13,682 bases of DNA from Candidatus Sericytochromatia bacterium. GTDB taxonomy: Bacteria > Cyanobacteriota > Sericytochromatia > S15B-MN24 > UBA4093. Positions within the stretch are counted from its first letter, which is position 1, and the number at the start of each line of letters is the position of its first letter. Below are positions 8,292 to 13,682 of the stretch, piece after piece. The stretch spans positions 1-13,682 of the forward strand of contig JAKFCT010000092.1 of NCBI GenBank assembly GCA_036676495.1, written 5' to 3'. Below the pieces are notes generated by a model. That model was not told where the DNA came from, ran no database searches, and saw only the letters and a program-made list of their open reading frames with translations. The translations under genes and the position numbers were made by a program.

Positions 8292-8894
8292 ATGTTACGT
8301 GGATGGGGACTCGTGCTGGCGTTGAGCGTGGCGGGATGCGCCGCTTCGGCGCCGGGGATCGCGCCGGAGCATGCGGCCAGCCCGACCACCGTGGTCGCGA
8401 ATTCGGGGCTGTCCGGCAATCGGGCGATCGCCGTGACCCTGCAGCCCCCCCGCGATGGGGGCTTCGCCACCCAGGCGACGGTCCACCGCTGGGTGGATGC
8501 CGATATCTACCAGTACGAGGTCACCCTGAAGGTGGGCGACGGAACCACCTTCACCGACCTGCCCACGCCGCTCACGGTCGTGGTGCCCCGCAAGGATTCC
8601 CCCAAGACCCGGGCCGTCTTCACCAACCTCCGGCAGGGGCAGATCTACCAGGTCTCGGTGACGGCCAAGGGCAACGTCGGAGGCACGGCTGCCGACATGG
8701 CCCTCAACAGCGTCCCCGCGACGGCCCGCTTCGATTTCTCGGCCGCCCAGGACGTCGAGGACACCCTGAGCGCGGACCTGCGCGTGGCCTTCGACGCGGT
8801 GGAGTTCAACGGGAGCGGCTCGACCACGCTTCTGCCCCCGGAGGACGGAACCTACCGCAATCCGACCGCGCCGGAGACGGGGACGGCTCAGTAG
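8292..8894 (+). CDS. Lipoprotein (Sec/SPII) with an FN3-like beta-sandwich domain, 200 aa
   Basis: AAGGAGAAAGG upstream of ATG 8292. Signal MLRGWGLVLALSVAG-C with lipobox VAGC. FN3-like signature FTNLRQGQIYQVSVTA. Confidence 0.8.
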   Translation: MLRGWGLVLALSVAGCAASAPGIAPEHAASPTTVVANSGLSGNRAIAVTLQPPRDGGFATQATVHRWVDADIYQYEVTLKVGDGTTFTDLPTPLTVVVPRKDSPKTRAVFTNLRQGQIYQVSVTAKGNVGGTAADMALNSVPATARFDFSAAQDVEDTLSADLRVAFDAVEFNGSGSTTLLPPEDGTYRNPTAPETGTAQ

Positions 8895-8899
8895 ATCGC

Positions 8900-9673
8900 A
8901 TGACGCGCCGGCGTTTCCTGCGGGAGCTGCGGGGCGCCCTCCTCTGGGGGGGCGCCGGCGTGATCCTGGCGGCTTGCGGGCGACCGCAAGCCTTGCCGCC
9001 GCCTGCCCCCGAACTCCGCGTCACGGTCTCGGCCTCCGCCATGGAGACTCAGGCCGTGAGCCGCCGCTGGCGGGCCAGTGACATCTACCAGTACGAGGTC
9101 TCCCTCAGGCGCTGGGACGGAGCGAGCTTCGTCGACCTCTCTCCTCCCCTGACCGTCGTCCTGCCTCAGAAGGGCGAGGCCCGGCACGAGGCGCGCTTCG
9201 TCAACCTTCGTCATGGCGAGCGCTACCGCGTGGACGTCCTGGCCAAGGGGAACGCGGGCGGAACGGCTCCCGAGACGCTCTTGAACTCCGAGGTGCCGTG
9301 CACGCTCGACGTCGACATGCGGGGGGCGCAGGACGTGCTCGGTTTGCGGCATGAGCGCGTGAGCGTCCGGCTCGATCCGGTGCCGTTCGCGGCGACCGTC
9401 ACGCTGCAGCCTCAGAACGTCCCGGAGCCCGTCCAGCGCTTTGGCGTGGAGCTGCGGGAGGCGCGCGGCGGCGCGACGCGCTACGCGGGGAGCTTTTTGC
9501 GCCGGCAGACCATGATGCTCGTCAACCTGCGCGCCGGCATCGACTACCAGGTCGTCCTGGAGGCCTACCGGGCCAACGGCCGGCTTCTGGGCGTGGCGGA
9601 GAGCGCGGTCTTCCGCTTCGATCCGGAGGCGGCCGAGCTGGAGCAGGAGCGGACGCTCACGATCGCCTTCTGA
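8900..9673 (+). CDS. Tat-type lipoprotein paralogous to the upstream gene, with two FN3-like units, 257 aa
   Basis: MTRRRFL twin-arginine motif and lipobox LAAC. FVNLRHGERYRVDVLA and LVNLRAGIDYQVVLEA. Starts 5 nt after the upstream stop. Confidence 0.8.
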   Translation: MTRRRFLRELRGALLWGGAGVILAACGRPQALPPPAPELRVTVSASAMETQAVSRRWRASDIYQYEVSLRRWDGASFVDLSPPLTVVLPQKGEARHEARFVNLRHGERYRVDVLAKGNAGGTAPETLLNSEVPCTLDVDMRGAQDVLGLRHERVSVRLDPVPFAATVTLQPQNVPEPVQRFGVELREARGGATRYAGSFLRRQTMMLVNLRAGIDYQVVLEAYRANGRLLGVAESAVFRFDPEAAELEQERTLTIAF

Positions 9674-9684
9674 GTGGGCAAACG

Positions 9685-9722
9685 CGATGCGCCCCCGCCG
9701 GAAAACCGGCGGGGGCGCGTCG
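9685..9722. terminator. Hairpin terminator between convergent lipoprotein genes
   Basis: 13-bp perfect stem GCGCCCCCGCCGG-AAAA-CCGGCGGGGGCGC, extendable by 4 bp with one G-U pair; U-tracts are weak. Confidence 0.7.
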
Positions 9723-9730
9723 AAGGGGGG

Positions 9731-10282
9731 TTAGTAGCCGTAGCCGTAAGGGTTCGCGGCGTTGGCGAGAGGGGCATCGGTCTTGGTGGTGACCGTCGCG
9801 CCGTCGAGGGTCCACTTCGGGCTCTCGAAGTACTTGGTGATGGTCTCGTTGGGCATGAGGCTGACGCGTTCGCTCTTCATCTCGGTGGTGGCTTTGCCGC
9901 CGTTGGTGAAGGAGACGGTCACTTCGCCCGTCAAGGCGTACTGGGTGGGGTTGGTGATCTTGACCTTGGCAACCAGGGTGCCCATTCCGAGGAAGGAGCC
10001 GTTCTTGACGGATTCGACGACGGCCTGGATCTGCATCGAGGGGTTGCCGGGAGTCGACGGGGTGCCGGGGAGGCCCGGGGTGCCCGGATTGGTCAGCGGC
10101 GGAGTCGGCTGCGGGGCGGGAGTCGACGGCTGCGGGGTGGGATCCGCGGAGGCCGGCGGAGAGCTGGGTTGTTCGGCCGGATCCACCAGGGAGCCGACGC
10201 GCTTGCCGCAGCCGGAGCCGAGCGTGAGGATCAGGGTGCCTGCGATCAGCAGGGCGGTTAGGTTTTGCTTGTGAGCCCTCAT
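9731..10282 (-). CDS. Hypothetical lipoprotein with a Pro/Thr-rich linker and a beta-rich C-terminal domain, 183 aa
   Basis: Signal MRAHKQNLTALLIAGTLILTLGSG-C, ~55-aa P/T/S-rich tether, then alternating beta-strand pattern (VAKVKITNPT...GEVTVSFT). Confidence 0.75.
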   Translation of the reverse strand: MRAHKQNLTALLIAGTLILTLGSGCGKRVGSLVDPAEQPSSPPASADPTPQPSTPAPQPTPPLTNPGTPGLPGTPSTPGNPSMQIQAVVESVKNGSFLGMGTLVAKVKITNPTQYALTGEVTVSFTNGGKATTEMKSERVSLMPNETITKYFESPKWTLDGATVTTKTDAPLANAANPYGYGY

Positions 10283-10393
10283 CGGCGAACCCCCCTAAAC
10301 GAAGTGGACGTTGCTCTTAACAGGTTATGGACAAGCGGCGTCCGGATCTGTCGTAAGAGGGGTTAAAGTCAGCGATAAGGTTTGGTTAATGCC

Positions 10394-10825
10394 CTAGAGC
10401 TTGCGGGTCATCCGGCGGTGCAGGATGTCGGCGTCGAGGAAGACTTCGCCCTCGGCGACGAAGCCGAGCTTCTCGTAGAGGGGCATGACGGTGAGTTGGG
10501 AGTCCAAGAGGGCCTGGGTGCGGCCTTCCCGGCGGGCGTACTCCATGAGGAGCTGGACGAGCTGGGTGGCGATGCCCTGGCCGCGGTAGGCGCTCAGGAC
10601 CGCGACCCGGCCGATCTTGGCGCGGAGCTGATCGAGCATGACCAGGCGCGCGGTGCCGACGGGTTCGCCGTCGACTCGCGCGAGGACATGCCAGGCGACG
10701 CCGTCGTAGTCGTCGATCTCGAGGGCGGGGTCGACGCCTTGCTCCTCGACGAAGACGGTGGCGCGGATGGCGAGGGCTTCCTTGAGCAGCGGGTCGGTGC
10801 CGCTGAACATGTCGAAGGTGAGCAT
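10394..10825 (-). CDS. GNAT family N-acetyltransferase (ElaA/YjcF-like), 143 aa
   Basis: IRATVFVEEQGV, D.YD..AWHVL, GTARL, KIGRVAV...YRGQGIA (acetyl-CoA motif A), LYEKLGF, FLDADILHRRM. Confidence 0.9.
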   Translation of the reverse strand: MLTFDMFSGTDPLLKEALAIRATVFVEEQGVDPALEIDDYDGVAWHVLARVDGEPVGTARLVMLDQLRAKIGRVAVLSAYRGQGIATQLVQLLMEYARREGRTQALLDSQLTVMPLYEKLGFVAEGEVFLDADILHRRMTRKL

Positions 10826-10826
10826 C

Positions 10827-11561
10827 TTAGATCGCGAGCTTCTGGAGCAGGGGGATCTGCTGGAGCCAGCCGGCGAGCATGGTGAGGTTGTTGGTGATCA
10901 TCAGGAGGCCGACTCCGATGAGCAGCAGGCCGCTCGCCAGCTCGATGAGGCGCATGTGGCGCTTCAGGCGGTCGAAGACCGAGAAGAACTGGTTGATGGC
11001 GAGTCCCGCCAGGAGGAAGGGGATGCCGAGGCCGAGCGAGTAGACGGTGAGCAGCGAGATGCCCTGGCCCATGGTCTCCTGGGTGGCGGCGACGGCGAGG
11101 ATGCTGGCCAGGATGGGGCCGATGCAGGGCGTCCAGCCGAAGCCGAAGGCCATGCCCACGAGGACGGCGCCCATGGCGCCCAGTGGCTTGGAGGAGAGCT
11201 GGACGCGTTTTTCCATGTAGAGCCACTTGATGCGCAGGATGCCCATGGTGTGGAGGCCGAAGACGATGATGACGGCGCCGGCGGCCTTGGAGAGCAGGTC
11301 GAGCTGGGTGAGCAGCAGCTGCCCGAGGGCGGTGGCCGAGGCTCCCAGCATGATGAAGATCAGCGAGAAGCCCAGGACGAAGCCCGCGGCGTTGATCAAG
11401 ACGCGGCGGCGGGTCTCGGCGTCGGCTCCTGCGCGCATTTGATCGCTGGAGACCCCGGAGATGTACGAGAGGTAGCCCGGGACCAAGGGGAGGACGCAGG
11501 GAGAGAGGAAGGAGATGAGGCCGGCGAAGAAGGCCGTGTAAAGCGGAATTTGGCTGGTCAT
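10827..11561 (-). CDS. ccdA: Cytochrome c biogenesis protein CcdA (DsbD transmembrane domain), 244 aa
   Basis: AGLISFLSPCVLPLVPGYLSY and FGFGWTPCIGPIL redox-cysteine motifs; about six TM helices. Confidence 0.92.
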   Translation of the reverse strand: MTSQIPLYTAFFAGLISFLSPCVLPLVPGYLSYISGVSSDQMRAGADAETRRRVLINAAGFVLGFSLIFIMLGASATALGQLLLTQLDLLSKAAGAVIIVFGLHTMGILRIKWLYMEKRVQLSSKPLGAMGAVLVGMAFGFGWTPCIGPILASILAVAATQETMGQGISLLTVYSLGLGIPFLLAGLAINQFFSVFDRLKRHMRLIELASGLLLIGVGLLMITNNLTMLAGWLQQIPLLQKLAI

Positions 11562-11567
11562 GGCGAA

Positions 11568-11596
11568 AGCGTACCTCCGTCGCGTCAGGGGGTCAA
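11568..11596 (-). promoter_or_regulatory. Sigma70-type promoter placing the TSS at the ccdA ATG (leaderless)
   Basis: TTGACC (11596-11591), 17 bp, TACGCT (11573-11568), 6 nt, ATG (11561). The -35 overlaps the upstream stop codon. Confidence 0.65.
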
Positions 11597-12174
11597 TTCG
11601 AGAGCAGGCCCCGGAGGGGAATCTCCGCGCCTTGATCGTTGCGCATGCGTTGCGCCATCTGGCGCAGGTGGACCCAGAGATGGGCGGTGGCGCGGGCGTC
11701 GGCGAGGGCGCGGTGGCGATCGCCCTCCAGGCGGATCCCGAAGTGGTTCACCAGCGCGTCGAGGTTGTGCTTGGGCAGCTTCGGCAAGAGCTGGCGCGAG
11801 ACCCTGAGGGTGTCGAGGTGGGCGTGCATGAGCTTGCGGTTGACGGCCTGCATGCTCTCGGCGTCCAGAAAGCCCCGATCGAAGGGGGCGTTGTGGCTGA
11901 TGAGCGGGGCGTCGGCGCAAAAGGCCAGGAACTCCGGCAGGACGTCGGCGAAGCGCGGCGCGCTCGCGACCATGCGATCGCTGATCCCGTGGACCCGCTG
12001 GGCGTAGTAGGGGATGGGGCGCTGGGGGTTGACCAGGGTCTGGAACTCGCCGGTCACGCGATCGCCTTCGAGGCGGACCGCGCCGATCTCGACGATGCGA
12101 TCGCCCTTGGCATGGGAGACGCCGGTGGTTTCCAGGTCGACCACCACCCAGGTGGCATGGGAAAGCAGCTGCAT
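11593..12174 (-). CDS. Stand-alone DEDDh 3'-5' exonuclease (DnaQ/Pol III epsilon-like), 193 aa
   Basis: ExoI VVVDLETTG, IVEIGAV, ExoII HNAPFDRGFL, DTL, ExoIII HRALADARAT. Confidence 0.9.
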   Translation of the reverse strand: MQLLSHATWVVVDLETTGVSHAKGDRIVEIGAVRLEGDRVTGEFQTLVNPQRPIPYYAQRVHGISDRMVASAPRFADVLPEFLAFCADAPLISHNAPFDRGFLDAESMQAVNRKLMHAHLDTLRVSRQLLPKLPKHNLDALVNHFGIRLEGDRHRALADARATAHLWVHLRQMAQRMRNDQGAEIPLRGLLSN

Positions 12175-12221
12175 CTCGCCATTATAGCCGATCCGAGCCC
12201 TTGCGTGTTAGCATGGGCGCC
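12175..12221. promoter_or_regulatory. Compact bidirectional promoter with two leaderless starts
   Basis: Minus strand: TATAAT (12186-12181), 6 nt, ATG 12174. Plus strand: TG-T-TAGCAT (12206-12214), 7 nt, ATG 12222. No SD on either side. Confidence 0.65.
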
Positions 12222-12947
12222 ATGGACGCATGGCAATTGATGATATCCGAGGCCGCCACGTTCGGCCTCATGCTCGACGCCGCCGCCGTGGCGAAGCTGA
12301 AACGCTACTACGCGCTGCTGATCGCGGGCAACCAGAAAACCAACCTCACCCGGATCACCGACGAGCGCGAAGCGGTCGTCAAGCACTTCCTCGACTCCCT
12401 CACGGTGCTCTCCGCCGTGCCGCGCGAGCTCTGGGATCAGCCGCTCAGTTTCATCGACGTGGGGGCCGGGGCCGGATTCCCGGGCATCCCCCTGTTGATC
12501 GTCCGCCCGAACTGGCGCGGCACGCTCCTGGAGGCCACCGGCAAGAAGGTCGCCTTCCTCAACGAGTCCCTGCAGGAGCTCGCGCTCAACGGCATGGCCC
12601 TGCACGGGAGGGCCGAAGAGGTCGCGCGGGATCCCGCCCACCGGGATCGTTACGACCTGGCCTTTGCCCGGGCCGTCGCCGAGATGAGCGCCCTGAGCGA
12701 GCTTTGTCTGCCCTTCGTCAAGGTCGGCGGGCATTTCGTGGCCATGAAGGGGAGCACGGGCGAAGAGGAGCTCTCCAAGGCCCAGAAGGCCCTGAGGCTC
12801 TTGGGCGGAGGGGAGATCGCGGTCACGTCCCTCGAGCTTCCGGAGGGGATGGGCGAGCGCCGGCTGATCGCGGTCCGCAAGGCCTCCCCCACCCCGAAGG
12901 CCTACCCGCGCCGGACCGGCATGCCCACGCAGAAGCCGCTCGGCTGA
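12222..12947 (+). CDS. rsmG: 16S rRNA (guanine(527)-N7)-methyltransferase RsmG (GidB), ~241 aa
   Basis: NLTRIT, KHFLDSL, SAM-binding DVGAGAGFPGIP, KKVAFL, GRAEE, ARAVA, C-terminal TPKAYPRRTGMPTQKPL. Confidence 0.95.
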   Translation: MDAWQLMISEAATFGLMLDAAAVAKLKRYYALLIAGNQKTNLTRITDEREAVVKHFLDSLTVLSAVPRELWDQPLSFIDVGAGAGFPGIPLLIVRPNWRGTLLEATGKKVAFLNESLQELALNGMALHGRAEEVARDPAHRDRYDLAFARAVAEMSALSELCLPFVKVGGHFVAMKGSTGEEELSKAQKALRLLGGGEIAVTSLELPEGMGERRLIAVRKASPTPKAYPRRTGMPTQKPLG

Positions 12948-13074
12948 TTTGTTGGGCTTTTGTTAAAGCGCCTTCGGGTTTTGCAAAATCTGCTTTTGAT
13001 CTCCGCTAAATCGAGAACTTGTGCGCCTTCTTGCGGTATAGAACAGCTAGCAAGCGATTAGCAAGGAGGAGCTT

Positions 13075-13682
13075 ATGTCCGCAATCGGCTCATCCGGTCG
13101 GAACACCGGTCCGCTCAACAACACGGGGAACCTGAACCGTCCTCGGACGCAGCCGCCTAAGCCGCGCCCCCAGGAGACGCCCGCTCAGACGCGCACCGAG
13201 CGTCGGCAGCAGGAGAAGGCGGCCGCCAGGGATGCCGCGAAGTCGGGCATCGAGAGCATGCTGGGGCATGTTGCGGGCGAGATGGCATCTTCGAACAACG
13301 CGGTCGTGAAGTCGACCGGCGAGGTCTTGCAGTTCGTATTGGACAGCAAGGCTCAGGTTGGTAACGTCAAGGACATCCAGCAGCTCTTGAAGGACAAGGG
13401 CATCGAGCCCGCCAAGATCCAGGAGCTCAACAAGGCGGGCGTGATCGCGCGGGTCTTCAACGTGGCGCAGGGCGCGATCGCCGCGAGCAAGTTCGTGGAC
13501 ATGGCGCAGGCGGCGGCGAAGGATCCGTCCAAGCTGAAGGACGCCACGTTCGTCGGCGGCATGATGAGCCAGATGGGCAAGATGACCCAGGGCGTCCTGA
13601 GCGCGATGGAGCTGATCAACAAGACTCCGTTCGCGGCGAAGATCCCGGGCATCGCGGGCCTGATCGGCGGCGTGGCCGGCGT
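13075..13682 (+). CDS. Hypothetical protein, 5' 202 codons; continues beyond the right edge
   Basis: Strong RBS AAGGAGGAG before ATG 13075. The frame is open to the window end with GC-rich third positions: MSAIGSSGRNTGPLNNTGNLNRPRTQPPKPRPQETP...KIPGIAGLIGGVAG. Not in the ORF track because there is no stop. Confidence 0.85.
   Translation, partial: MSAIGSSGRNTGPLNNTGNLNRPRTQPPKPRPQETPAQTRTERRQQEKAAARDAAKSGIESMLGHVAGEMASSNNAVVKSTGEVLQFVLDSKAQVGNVKDIQQLLKDKGIEPAKIQELNKAGVIARVFNVAQGAIAASKFVDMAQAAAKDPSKLKDATFVGGMMSQMGKMTQGVLSAMELINKTPFAAKIPGIAGLIGGVAG

Noticed and set aside
7976-8899. 565-aa version of the second lipoprotein ORF (apparent fusion or overlapping gene)
   Set aside because: The upstream part is an Arg/Gly/Pro-rich off-frame read-through of the first lipoprotein gene; the real signal peptide starts at ATG 8900.
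9674-9722. GGGCAAAC resembling the start of a c-di-GMP-I riboswitch
   Set aside because: It lies between convergent genes, lacks the remaining aptamer consensus, and the region is explained as a terminator hairpin.
10049-10129. Repeated GGGAGTCGACGG 12-mer
   Set aside because: Explained by repeated Pro-Ser-Thr-Pro codons in the low-complexity linker of the lipoprotein.
12964-13034. Possible sigma28 (TAAA-N15-GCCGATAA) or sigma54 promoter for the last ORF
   Set aside because: TAAA is present but there is no matching -10 octamer; the sigma54 candidate lacks the invariant GG.
13353-13652. 99-aa minus-strand ORF
   Set aside because: Antisense to the RBS-supported plus-strand ORF starting at 13075.

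Overview
High-GC bacterial chromosomal window with mostly housekeeping genes. In order: 5' part of glycogen phosphorylase glgP (-, runs off the left edge), dusB (-), a putative esterase and an ATP-grasp ligase (+), a stand-alone 62-aa AbrB/MazE-like protein (-), a small DUF3147-like membrane protein (+), ettA (-), two tandem paralogous FN3-like lipoproteins (+, one Sec-type and one Tat-type signal), a Pro-rich lipoprotein (-), a GNAT coupled to ccdA (-), a DEDDh 3'-5' exonuclease (-) divergent from rsmG (+), and an unknown ORF running off the right edge. I see no mobile element, CRISPR array, tRNA or rRNA. The most interesting signal is non-coding. (1) A strong promoter drives a ~170-nt structured RNA with alternative helices, a possible uORF and a terminator/antiterminator just upstream of ettA. 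(2) The AbrB/DUF3147 intergenic region holds a rod-like structured RNA, a 5' hairpin and a duplicated palindromic operator-like motif. (3) Four genes appear to have leaderless promoters, two of them back-to-back in 47 bp. All family assignments are by motif recognition; no database search was run.
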